Origin: Planctomycetota bacterium
GTDB taxonomy: Bacteria; Planctomycetota; JAJSAM01; JAJVHW01
Assembly (NCBI GenBank): GCA_965248445.1
Contig: CBDFJG010000003.1
Coordinates: 352,001 to 416,000, forward strand
Direction of reading: 5' to 3'
Length of the DNA stretch: 64,000 nt
The notes below the pieces were generated by a model that saw only the letters and a program-made list of their open reading frames with translations, ran no database searches and was not told the origin of the DNA. A program made the translations under genes and the position numbers. Below, piece after piece: positions 38,101 to 46,416 of this stretch; the stretch's first letter is position 1; the number at the start of each line of letters is the position of its first letter.

Positions 38101-40375
38101 GGGTTCGGGTGACCTCCAGTCCGGGACGTTCACCGGGAGCGAGCTCGTTGCATACCGAGTGACCGACCCCGGCACGGTCGAGATCACGCAACGAAACCTG
38201 GATTCTCAGCACGTTCAGTTCGAACCGAACGGCCAGGACGCCAACCCACGCTTCATCCCCGGCTACTCGTGGGCAGACGATCAGGCGAGCTCTGCCCCGG
38301 AGAACATGCTTCTCAACACCACGACGGACTTCGGGGTCAAGACAGCGTTCATCCCGGTCGCATTGATCGCACAGGGCACTGGTGAGTACCTCAACCCGCT
38401 GGACGAGGAACCACAGCTTGGTGGATTCGCGTACGCCCAGGTCGACGGCGAGTGGATCAAGTACGACACGTACGACGACCAGATCCTGCCGGGCAAGATC
38501 GCGTTCTACCGCGACATGCGCTGGGACGACATCAGCGCGCGTCTGGGCTCAGCGACTCTCTCGACGGCGCAGGCCACGGCACAGGCGAGCACCGGGGCCG
38601 CAGGGGGCTCGGGTGGCAACTCGAACGGGGCGACCGAGCCGCCGCGGGCCACGGACCTCAATGACGAGAACAACCTGCCACCAGAGCCTCAGGCCGGCAC
38701 GGCGCCCAATGGCACCGGCGTGAACGGCGCCGCCAAGGACTGGAGGATCCCGGAGGAAACCGCGTTCGAGCTCGCACAGGATGCCGACTTCCGTGGCATG
38801 CTGCTCCCGAACCAGCAGAACGAACTGCGCATCGCCAACACCATTCCTGCCGAGCACGCAGCCGGGGTCGAGATCCTCCCGTGCTTCTTCGTGGTGGCAG
38901 GCAACGATCTCGCGACGGGCGACATCCGCCGCGGCGCGAACCCCGGCTTCGACGATCTGATCACGCTGCGCGACGCCAACTTGAACGACGAGCACGTTCG
39001 GGTGCAGTGGGGCTACCGCGGCTGGGCCGGCCTGACACAGATCACGACGCAGACGTGGAACTGGGACCGGCCGCAGCAGGTCCGACATCTGCGCAGCTTC
39101 GACTCGCGCATGTGGACACGTGCGCTCAAGTTCCCGTCCCGCGAGCTTCCGGATGCCGGACTCACGACCGGCGAGGAGTTGATGCGCGTCGGCGCCCCCT
39201 ACAACAACCCCGGCGTGACGAGTGCCGCGGTCGTCGACGAGGCGTGGTTCGCCGGATTCGACACCATCGATCCAGGGCGCGCGAAGTACGCGTTCCTCGG
39301 CGAGGTGCCGCCCGAGCTGTTCCCCACGTTCACGGCGCCCGCGAGCGGCACGGCGCCCGATCCGCGATTCAACGCGATCGACGACCAGGTCGACGAGTTC
39401 GCGGTGAACTTCCCGTACTTCGACGAGGTGCAGCTCGCGACGATCGTCAACGGGCTGCCCATCGACGAGAACCTCTACGACGACGACGGCGGTGTGATCC
39501 GCATCGACGACGAGTTGATCATCTACTCGGAGTTCGATCCGAACAACGGCCTCTTCTCGGGCTGCGTCCGCGGCTCCTTCGGCACCGAAGCGCTGCCACA
39601 CGGCTTCGGCGCGATCGTGGGGCCCGTCCGGACGTTCGCAACGTCCGCTCTGGTCAGCGATGCCGACGAGTCGTCGGCAGCGTTCGACCTGGTGGATGCA
39701 ACCGACTTCCCCGACGACGGGTACATCCGAATCGGAGACAGCCTCGAACTCATCGGCTACACGGAGCGCGGGGCGAACACGCTCTCTGGGCCGCTCGGGC
39801 GCATCGATCCGACCACCGAGCGCGCGCCCGGCGACGCCGACGCACGCGTCGGCGGCGGCCTGTTCCGGGGACGCTTCGGCACCGGTGACGGTGTGCGCGG
39901 ATACTCCTCGGGCGAGGTTGTGGTCGCGATGCCGTTCCGGCACTACGACCGCTACGCGGAGTACAGTGACGACGCCGAGCTGTCCTACACGCAGCTCACG
40001 TGGACCAAGCCCGGCGCGGTGTGGAAGCGCATCACCTGGGACGAGGACCCGCGGCAGAACGTCGAGATCATCGCACTGGTCCGCTTTGCCGGCGGACCGC
40101 CGTGGGATTCCGCCGACGTGATTCTCGTGGGCCAGGGCGCCATGCCGTCGACCGACCGCAGGAAGCACCTCTACGAGATCGCGGACCCGAAGGCCGAGAA
40201 CCTCCTGAACGTGGAATCCGACCGGTGCGAAGTGCGACTCCTGATCCGGTTCGTGACGGGCGCGTACGACCGCTTTGCGGACGTCGCTCCGGACAACTGG
40301 AAGGAGACGCCGCGCATCCAGAAGGTCGTCGTCGAATACGTTGCGCCGCCGCAGGTGCTGTATGAGGACAACTGA
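35156..40375 (+). CDS. giant GspK/PilX-like minor pseudopilin (1739 aa) with LamG-like and repeated beta modules
   Basis: ERG|IALVSVVAVL lacking Glu5; IVDLQGRLNAN, LRPFVT, PVNVNVA GspK-type motifs; GGAGGT RBS before GTG 35156 (alternative ATG 35189). Confidence 0.78.
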   Translation: MITKLPIADNQMTSPGAGSGADSGGRRAVDRASHERERGIALVSVVAVLVLLAIVSTPFLVSMRDSAARGQKFLYSARADWEAESLFERVRSHLTLSLEHIERRKLDDSSAGAVDSGRPPDDATPTSDTTAEITLPRAILDEFNIDSAREQRVWDVEIVDLQGRLNANNCSYPVLANILGRTELGDQLSSDDNRVPLVDGSMFPADGGVVRIGTEAIKYEQRLGNELSGCERGYRGDVAGNSAAGDWDQGDVVILEAAYQIATRPFRARPGAYVRYTNIYQLRSIADQGVAALSPEQFDSLRPFVTTWNGNIVGDGWSNPQVVRNAITAADSSQRYADLKNNRYFGEGTIFRITDGVNDDYGVITKVRGDSQVLLGGNIENDYSADQSRMYSLARSPVNVNVADEDLLAIVFSGLKMRGRGTAIPPEKARRIAKHLKEWVVSDEDAPGVYRNWEDFTNALEAARDEMGIISGDEFEALLRNAMNANDSGLSFSTVPFVFRSFDLYQVDATAAIMDSTGRELARRELSRVFHASSTRSGTFVVETQDDFQRHIMKSRDSKWFATFPDNINAYYDSRNIPASEYEAFATKSRFPSTKRSDADGDVRLLPAAYRFSPQGTAQGTTERVHHFDESDLPDGLDLAKDELTFTVDGPYSVEDRQADIVDLQDIPGVGSGIEMGLKEFAYSMWYRPAWSRSGSDEVLFDYGAEGDDFNRVSLRYDGERDVLLLAVADATREGRSCEIFYEFDHTTWDADQWYHIGVNVAGCHPSLIELFIDGEKQGRASGITRLTSNIAPTGAVLELSVEDASSFPDYGVVMIRAEEGMELFEYSSRTEGSFILSKRKARNIDVVDEADEPRTHVSGAVVELYGFAGSLLSDIKRGGSTTDSTFGPFRIYRFHYYGQDVMIDDGTIICHGLAATTQHVLPIADITLTEWDTGSADQDILDDLGPTGTEGLALIVSRSPVRIIPTGGTTIIIGNGGSLAVGSGDLQSGTFTGSELVAYRVTDPGTVEITQRNLDSQHVQFEPNGQDANPRFIPGYSWADDQASSAPENMLLNTTTDFGVKTAFIPVALIAQGTGEYLNPLDEEPQLGGFAYAQVDGEWIKYDTYDDQILPGKIAFYRDMRWDDISARLGSATLSTAQATAQASTGAAGGSGGNSNGATEPPRATDLNDENNLPPEPQAGTAPNGTGVNGAAKDWRIPEETAFELAQDADFRGMLLPNQQNELRIANTIPAEHAAGVEILPCFFVVAGNDLATGDIRRGANPGFDDLITLRDANLNDEHVRVQWGYRGWAGLTQITTQTWNWDRPQQVRHLRSFDSRMWTRALKFPSRELPDAGLTTGEELMRVGAPYNNPGVTSAAVVDEAWFAGFDTIDPGRAKYAFLGEVPPELFPTFTAPASGTAPDPRFNAIDDQVDEFAVNFPYFDEVQLATIVNGLPIDENLYDDDGGVIRIDDELIIYSEFDPNNGLFSGCVRGSFGTEALPHGFGAIVGPVRTFATSALVSDADESSAAFDLVDATDFPDDGYIRIGDSLELIGYTERGANTLSGPLGRIDPTTERAPGDADARVGGGLFRGRFGTGDGVRGYSSGEVVVAMPFRHYDRYAEYSDDAELSYTQLTWTKPGAVWKRITWDEDPRQNVEIIALVRFAGGPPWDSADVILVGQGAMPSTDRRKHLYEIADPKAENLLNVESDRCEVRLLIRFVTGAYDRFADVAPDNWKETPRIQKVVVEYVAPPQVLYEDN

Positions 40376-40376
40376 C

Positions 40377-41633
40377 ATGACCCCAACGACACGACTCCGC
40401 GCCGGACCCCGCCCAAGCGGATTTGGGCGTTCAGCCGGTTACACCCTGATGGAGCTGCTCCTCGCAATGGGGCTGTTCTCCTTCCTCGGTGTCGGCATGG
40501 TGGCGCTGCTCTCTCGCGCCAGCGACTTCCTGACGGTTGGCGCGTCGACGGCGGAGACGCTGGATTCGCTCCAGACGTTCACCGAGGCGTTCGGCGACGA
40601 TATCTCGACGCTCTACACGGCGGCGGACAGCGAGACCGGACGTCCCGACGTGCGGCTCTACTCCGACATGGCCACCTGCAAGCTCTCGGACGACAAGGCG
40701 GAGCGCGCGCGCATCCGGCGCCTCTTCTTCGTCCGCCTCATTCCGCGCGAGGGCACGGCTTCGATGACTCGGCGGGCCGGCACGAGCCTCGAGGCCACCG
40801 GCGTGATGGATCAGAAGAACGACAGAGCCGAGGCGGACGACGGACTGTTGCGCGCCACCGGCGGCCTGATGGAAGTCGTCTGGGCGGCCGTGCCGGAGGA
40901 CCCGCAGGACCTCGCACGCATGCGCCTCTATCGCGGCTACCGCAGTCCGATCGGCGGCGTGGGCTCGCTGCTTCCGACGCGCGTCGAGACGGATCGCGGC
41001 GCAACGGTCGGCGAGCGCGGCCCGCGGGATGCAGCCGAGATCAAGAGCGTCGCCGAGCCGATCCTGTCGGGAGTGTTGCACTTCGACGTCGAGTTCTGGG
41101 CACGCAAGACGAAGACCTGGGCGCACGACACGCCAGCCCGCTCGGGCGGCGCACTGCACACCTGGGACTCGTCGCGCGGCATCCTCGGGGCGCTGCCGAC
41201 CCGTGCCCTGTACGACGGCTTCTACCTGGCGAAGGATGCGTCCTCGATCACCGATCCCACGGACGACACGTTCCCGCGGCGCGTGCGCGTCACGCTGGTC
41301 GTCGAGGAGATCGGCGCGAAGACGTCGGTGGGGTACCTGTCCGGGGACCTCGACGACTCCGCGAAGTTCGTCGAGCTCGAGTCCGCGCAGTTCGTTCCCG
41401 CCACCGACACGGCGACCAGGTACGTGAAGATCGGAGCGGAGTGGATCGAGTTCACGGGCGTCGACGGCACCACGCTGATCGGCTGCCGGCGCGGCGTGCG
41501 GGGGACCGAGGCGCTGCCTCACGACGCCGGATCCACGGTGCACCATGGCCGGACAGTCGTGCGCGAGTACGGCATCTCGACCTTCCGCGACACGTATGCC
41601 GACGAGCTCGGCAGCTCGGTTGGCCGCCGATGA
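40377..41633 (+). CDS. GspJ/PilW-like minor pseudopilin
   Basis: G|YTLMELLLAM; FPRRVRVTL late motif; extra C-terminal beta module. Confidence 0.78.
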   Translation: MTPTTRLRAGPRPSGFGRSAGYTLMELLLAMGLFSFLGVGMVALLSRASDFLTVGASTAETLDSLQTFTEAFGDDISTLYTAADSETGRPDVRLYSDMATCKLSDDKAERARIRRLFFVRLIPREGTASMTRRAGTSLEATGVMDQKNDRAEADDGLLRATGGLMEVVWAAVPEDPQDLARMRLYRGYRSPIGGVGSLLPTRVETDRGATVGERGPRDAAEIKSVAEPILSGVLHFDVEFWARKTKTWAHDTPARSGGALHTWDSSRGILGALPTRALYDGFYLAKDASSITDPTDDTFPRRVRVTLVVEEIGAKTSVGYLSGDLDDSAKFVELESAQFVPATDTATRYVKIGAEWIEFTGVDGTTLIGCRRGVRGTEALPHDAGSTVHHGRTVVREYGISTFRDTYADELGSSVGRR

Positions 41634-41688
41634 GTCGAGCCGGGGGCGCGTTCTCGGCGCGGGCAGGTAGAATCCCGGAGGGATGGCG

Positions 41689-42219
41689 ATGAGACCACGA
41701 CCCAAGACAGCCCGTGTGTTGAGCGGGGGCGGCGGATCGAGCGGGGGGTTCACCCTTCTCGAAGTGCTCCTGGCCACGTCGCTCCTGGCGGTGGGGGCGG
41801 TCTCGGTGCTGGTTGTGCTGGCGTCCGCCGCGGGCTTCGCCGCGCAGCGCCAGGGACAGCAGCGCCTCACGCAGGTCCTCGAGGAAGCCCGCAACGACGC
41901 TCGCGCGATCGCGAACTCGTTCCGGCCCACCAAGGACGCGCCGCTCCCCGGCGGTAGCGACGCGACGTTCGAGCCGAAGACCAGCGCGCTCTACATCGGG
42001 TACCAGTGGACGTCGAAGTTCGCCCACGTGGACAACGACGTGCCCGAAGCCGGGTATCGCGTCCGTGTCTCGGTGGTGTACGGCGACGAGCAGGAGCACG
42101 TCGAGAACCTCATCGTCGGAACCGACACGGTGCCCGACGAGGAGTTCCTGACGTCCAGAACGTACGAGGAACAGAAGGCCGGCGAGGCGGATACCTCCGG
42201 CGGCCGCGAGTCGCGCTAG
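41689..42219 (+). CDS. GspI/PilV-like minor pseudopilin
   Basis: G|FTLLEVLLA; short domain with YRVRVSV; GGAGGG RBS. Confidence 0.8.
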   Translation: MRPRPKTARVLSGGGGSSGGFTLLEVLLATSLLAVGAVSVLVVLASAAGFAAQRQGQQRLTQVLEEARNDARAIANSFRPTKDAPLPGGSDATFEPKTSALYIGYQWTSKFAHVDNDVPEAGYRVRVSVVYGDEQEHVENLIVGTDTVPDEEFLTSRTYEEQKAGEADTSGGRESR

Positions 42220-42296
42220 ACGAGTCACAGAGAGCGGGGCGGAAGCGCCGCGCACAGATCGAGTCGCGCATCAGGATGCGAAAAGGAGAACGAGAG

Positions 42297-43790
42297 ATGT
42301 CACGCAGTATTGAATCGTTGCGGGGAATCAGATCGTTGCGGGTTCTCTGCTTGGCCGCGCTCGTGGGCGTCGCCACGCTGGCGCCGCCCGCGCAGGCCGA
42401 CGTCATCGAACTGGCCGACGGCCGCATCCTGCACGGCAAGATCATCGACGGCGAGACGAACGAGGACGGCCTGGCCGTTCAGGTGTTCTCGACCGGTGGC
42501 ACGATCACCATCAGCTGGGACCACGTTCTCGAGTCCCGCCGCAAGCAGTTGCGCATCGACTACGGGATCGACATCCCGGAAGAGGAACAGGTCACGGTCC
42601 CCGGCCACATGGTCACGCTCGTCACCGGCAAGAAGGTGCGGGGCGTCGCCAAGGGCGGAGCCGACGCGCGCCCGCTCGTCCTGAAGACGCGCACCGGTGA
42701 GCAGAGTTACGATGGCTCGCAGGTGGCGGCCGTCGTCGAGATCGGCCTGCCGATCCTCGAGGCCTACACGATCCCCGAGGCCTATGCGCTCCAGGCAGCC
42801 AAGCAGCCCGTCGACTCTGCGTCGGCGCACTTCGCGATGGCGGACTTCAGTATGCGCATCGGCGACTTCGCACACGCCGTCGAGCACCTGAACAGCGCTG
42901 CCGCGGACGGCGATTTCGCGGCCACCACCGATGGCAAGACCATCGCCACGCGCCTGCGCCGCGCGAGCATCCTGCTCGAGGCGGAGGGCGCCCGCAAGCT
43001 GGCCGAGAAGATCAAGTTCGCGATGTACAAGAAGGACTGGAACGACGCGCTGTCCAAGCTGAAGGATCTCGACGGCGACTACCCCGACGAGCAGATCCGC
43101 GGGGCGATCGGCTTCGATCGTCTGCGCTCGCGCGTCGAGAAGGGTCGTGAGAAGCACTTCAAGGCCCGCGTCCAGACGGCGGTCTACAGGAAGATGATCG
43201 ATCTCATGCGCGACAAGGCGCGTCAGAAGAAGGCACTTCGTTCTGACGACGACCGTCCGGGCGCGGCGGTGGCGGGCACGCTCGCCGGCGCCAAGCAGTG
43301 GCTCAACCGCGAGCTGCCCACGCTGCTCTGGGAGGGCGTCGCCTCAGATCTCGGACTCGAGCAGGAGGAGATGGACCGGTTCTGGTCGCAGCGCTCGAGC
43401 AAGCGCCCGCGGATCGGCCTCTACGGCACGGGGTCGTTCATCGTCGTGAAGACCGCAGCCAGATCCGGGGGGGCCAAGCGTCCGCGCCGCCGTCCCCCTG
43501 GTCCCCGGGCCGGCAACAGGGGACCGGGCTCGCAGAAGGAAGCCAAGCCGATGACCGATGAGGGGTGGTGGGCCGGCCGCAAGACCGGCGACCGCGTCAA
43601 GTGGCTGGAGGCCTACTTCGCCAAGAACAGCGGGCTGTTCGAGGTCCTCAGCGTCGACGACACGAAGCTCTGCGACAACTGCGCCGGCGAGGGCATCCTG
43701 ACGGCGGGGTCCGTTGACGGCGGCCAGAACTCGTCGTACTGCCCGAAGTGCAACGGCGCGGGCAAGTTCAGAAGGGTGAGTTATCGATGA
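42297..43790 (+). CDS. secreted hypothetical protein with C-terminal CxxCxGxG zinc finger
   Basis: Signal peptide ending AQA|DVIELADG; CDNCAGEG and CPKCNGAG; AAGGAG RBS. Confidence 0.75.
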   Translation: MSRSIESLRGIRSLRVLCLAALVGVATLAPPAQADVIELADGRILHGKIIDGETNEDGLAVQVFSTGGTITISWDHVLESRRKQLRIDYGIDIPEEEQVTVPGHMVTLVTGKKVRGVAKGGADARPLVLKTRTGEQSYDGSQVAAVVEIGLPILEAYTIPEAYALQAAKQPVDSASAHFAMADFSMRIGDFAHAVEHLNSAAADGDFAATTDGKTIATRLRRASILLEAEGARKLAEKIKFAMYKKDWNDALSKLKDLDGDYPDEQIRGAIGFDRLRSRVEKGREKHFKARVQTAVYRKMIDLMRDKARQKKALRSDDDRPGAAVAGTLAGAKQWLNRELPTLLWEGVASDLGLEQEEMDRFWSQRSSKRPRIGLYGTGSFIVVKTAARSGGAKRPRRRPPGPRAGNRGPGSQKEAKPMTDEGWWAGRKTGDRVKWLEAYFAKNSGLFEVLSVDDTKLCDNCAGEGILTAGSVDGGQNSSYCPKCNGAGKFRRVSYR

Positions 43791-44368
43791 TCTCCGGTTC
43801 GGCCACGCGACGTGCCCTGCTCGCACTGACCGCGCTCGCGGTCCTTGCGTTCCCGCTGACGGCCTCGGCCAAGAGCCCGAAGTCCGGCGAGCGCCCGTCC
43901 GTCGAGCAGTTGCTGCAGAAGCACACGAAAGCCAAGGCCGACGCCGAAGCAGCGGCGATCGAGGCGTCCCGCGATCCGCACAGAGAGACGATCGAGGGGT
44001 ACAAGGACGGCACGACCCCGCTCGCCGACTACGAGGCGCTCATGGAGCTGATCGCCAACGAGAAGGACGACAAGATGCGGAAGTACCGGCGCCCCGCGGC
44101 GACGGCACTCATGGAGCGGTTCATCAAGGCCGGAGCCGACGGCGACGACCGCGTGCGGGAGCTGCGCGCTGCGGCAGTGCTCGAGATCCTGCACCTCATG
44201 AAGTCGAGCAAGAAGGAGACGCTCAGCCTCGCGATCATCCACGACATCCTGAGCGAGTTCTGGAAGCGCAAGATGAGCGACTACAACTTCAAGGCCACGA
44301 AGGAGCTGAAGGACCGGCGCAAGGCCTACAACTCCATGAAGAAGTACCTGCAAGGCCAAGAGCGCTGA
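43787..44368 (+). CDS. secreted helical hypothetical protein
   Basis: ATGA overlap; signal peptide ending ASA; Lys/Glu-rich helices. Confidence 0.7.
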   Translation: MISGSATRRALLALTALAVLAFPLTASAKSPKSGERPSVEQLLQKHTKAKADAEAAAIEASRDPHRETIEGYKDGTTPLADYEALMELIANEKDDKMRKYRRPAATALMERFIKAGADGDDRVRELRAAAVLEILHLMKSSKKETLSLAIIHDILSEFWKRKMSDYNFKATKELKDRRKAYNSMKKYLQGQER

Positions 44369-45460
44369 GTGGCGTCCCGCATCCGCGCACTCTGGCTGTG
44401 CGCCGTTGTCTTCGTCCCGCTCTGTTCGTGCGCGACGTCGCACGTGCCGCCGCCGCCGGCCCCGGTTCTGGTCGATCAACCGGGACGCGCTTTCGACTGG
44501 CCCGCCGACGACGGCGCAGCGCGCTCCTTGCCGCCGCTGCCGAGTGTGACGGCCGCCGCGCCCGCGCGGGCGGGAGGGCTCCCGTCACCGGGCAACGGCG
44601 CGGACGACACGCTGTACGTGATCGGCGGTCGCAGCATCGGCGAGTCGGACCTGGGCCGCTTCATGCTGCGGTACTTCCCGGACCACGCGCGGGAGGCGCT
44701 CATCCAGCTGGTCGACGTCGTGCTCGTGGAGGCGGAGGCAGCGCGCCTGGGCGTCACCGCGGACGAACGGCTCGTGCGGGAGAAGACGTCCGCCTACGTC
44801 GAGGAGCGGGCGCGGCAGACGCGGGAGCAGTACGGGGAGGATGCCCGTCTCTCCGATCTTCTCGAGGAGAAGTACGGGCGAGATCTCGCGAGGTTCACGC
44901 GCGATGCCGAACGGCTGGCCCGCGTCGCCGTGCTGCGCGACGTGCTCGTACGCTACGACCAGGCGGCGACGCCGCGCGCGACCCTCCGGGTGCTCGTGGC
45001 CCCCGACGAGGCTGCCGCGGCGGACCTCGCCGATCGCCTGCGGCGGGGGGCGGACCCGGTGCTCCTGGCGCGCTCGATCGGCATGGAGGAGCCCGTCTCC
45101 CCGCCGCCGCTCGCGCGCGACGAGATCCGGCCCGACACGCTCGGGGCGGCCGTGTTCGGCGCGTCACCCGGGGAAGTGATCGGCCCGTTCCCGTTCACGG
45201 CTGAGGACGGCACCACGTGGTTTCAGGTCGTGCGCGTGGTCGCGCGCACGGACGGAAGTGGCGCCGGCTACCCGACGCTGGCCGAGGCGGTCGGCCGTGA
45301 CATCGCCTCTCGGCCGGTCGGTGTGGACGAGTATCTTGCCTGGCGGCAGCGCGCCCTGGCGCGACGGAGTGTCGAGGTGCGCCGCGAGGCGGGACGGATG
45401 GTCCCGTGGATTGAGAACGCGCCGATTCAGCACGCGCCGCGTTCGGGTGCGTCGAAGTGA
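44369..45460 (+). CDS. SurA/PrsA-like (degenerate parvulin) chaperone, possible lipoprotein
   Basis: L..LVD..L...EA.RLGV SurA N-domain pattern; A..L..G...LA..S and AVF...PGEVIGP parvulin-like pattern. Confidence 0.65.
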   Translation: MASRIRALWLCAVVFVPLCSCATSHVPPPPAPVLVDQPGRAFDWPADDGAARSLPPLPSVTAAAPARAGGLPSPGNGADDTLYVIGGRSIGESDLGRFMLRYFPDHAREALIQLVDVVLVEAEAARLGVTADERLVREKTSAYVEERARQTREQYGEDARLSDLLEEKYGRDLARFTRDAERLARVAVLRDVLVRYDQAATPRATLRVLVAPDEAAAADLADRLRRGADPVLLARSIGMEEPVSPPPLARDEIRPDTLGAAVFGASPGEVIGPFPFTAEDGTTWFQVVRVVARTDGSGAGYPTLAEAVGRDIASRPVGVDEYLAWRQRALARRSVEVRREAGRMVPWIENAPIQHAPRSGASK

Positions 45461-45482
45461 GTCACGTGGCCGGAGGTGCGCA

Positions 45483-46259
45483 GTGAGCGAGATGGACGGC
45501 AACGGCAACGGCAACGGCGGAGGAATGGGATCGCTCACTTCTTCTGGCTCGTCCGCTGACGCGGACGATGCGGCGTTGCCCCGGATTGCGCCGAGTGCGC
45601 TCCGGGCGGCGACGTTGTCTTCTGGCTCGTCTGCTGACGCAGACGACGCGCTTGGTGGCGGTGCCGAAGCAGATGACGGGATCGAGGAACTTGAGCAGCT
45701 CGAGGAGCTGGACGAGCATGCCGTTGCTTGGCGTGCTTTGCCTCTCCAGACGCGCATCGAGGCGCTGCTGTTCGCGGCCACCGAGCCGCTGTCGCTGCGG
45801 CGACTTGCGCACGCGGCGGGGGACGTCGAGAGCGGGGAGGTGAGCGCGGCGCTCGAGGCGCTGTCGTCGCACTATCGCCACACCGCCCGCGCCTTCGACC
45901 TGCGCGAGATCGGCGGCGGATACCAGCTGCGGACCACACCGGAGCTGGCCGGGCTGGTCGCCCGCGTCGGGCGCAAGCCGCGCGCCGAATCCCTCTCGAA
46001 GGCCGCCATGGAGACCCTCGCGATCGTCGCGTATCGCCAGCCGGTGCTCCGGGCGGACGTCGAGAAGATCCGCGGAGTGGCGAGCGGCGAGGTCCTCCGG
46101 ACGCTCATCGAGAAGGGTCTCGCCCGCGTGGCCGGCCGGGCCGATCTGCCGGGCGCCCCACTCCTCTACGGGACGACGTCCGACTTCCTCGAGCTGTTCG
46201 GGCTGCGCAACCTGAACGACCTGCCCTCGGACGGCGACCTGCTGCGGCGGAGCCTCTGA
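45483..46259 (+). CDS. scpB: SMC-Scp complex subunit ScpB with N-terminal low-complexity extension
   Basis: IEALLF, GGYQLRT, LSKAAMETLAIVAYRQP, IRGV, YGTT..FL..FGL; GGAGGT RBS. Confidence 0.93.
   Translation: MSEMDGNGNGNGGGMGSLTSSGSSADADDAALPRIAPSALRAATLSSGSSADADDALGGGAEADDGIEELEQLEELDEHAVAWRALPLQTRIEALLFAATEPLSLRRLAHAAGDVESGEVSAALEALSSHYRHTARAFDLREIGGGYQLRTTPELAGLVARVGRKPRAESLSKAAMETLAIVAYRQPVLRADVEKIRGVASGEVLRTLIEKGLARVAGRADLPGAPLLYGTTSDFLELFGLRNLNDLPSDGDLLRRSL
45540..45650. repeat. two 33-bp copies of the TGAC-loop hairpin repeat, in frame inside scpB
   Basis: tcttctggctcgtccgctgacgcggacgatgcg (45540-45572) and tcttctggctcgtctgctgacgcagacgacgcg (45618-45650). Confidence 0.9.
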
Positions 46260-46416
46260 GGGCGCCCGGGCAGGGTCTGAGTAGGCCCGGGCAGGGCAAG
46301 GCTGCGCTCCCGGTCGTCGCCTCCTTCCGCCCCCTCGCCGCCCCCGAGTAGGATCATGGGTTCGGCCGGTAGGGACCGGATGCCGGGTAGCCGGGAACCA
46401 CGAGGAACGCTGTGCC

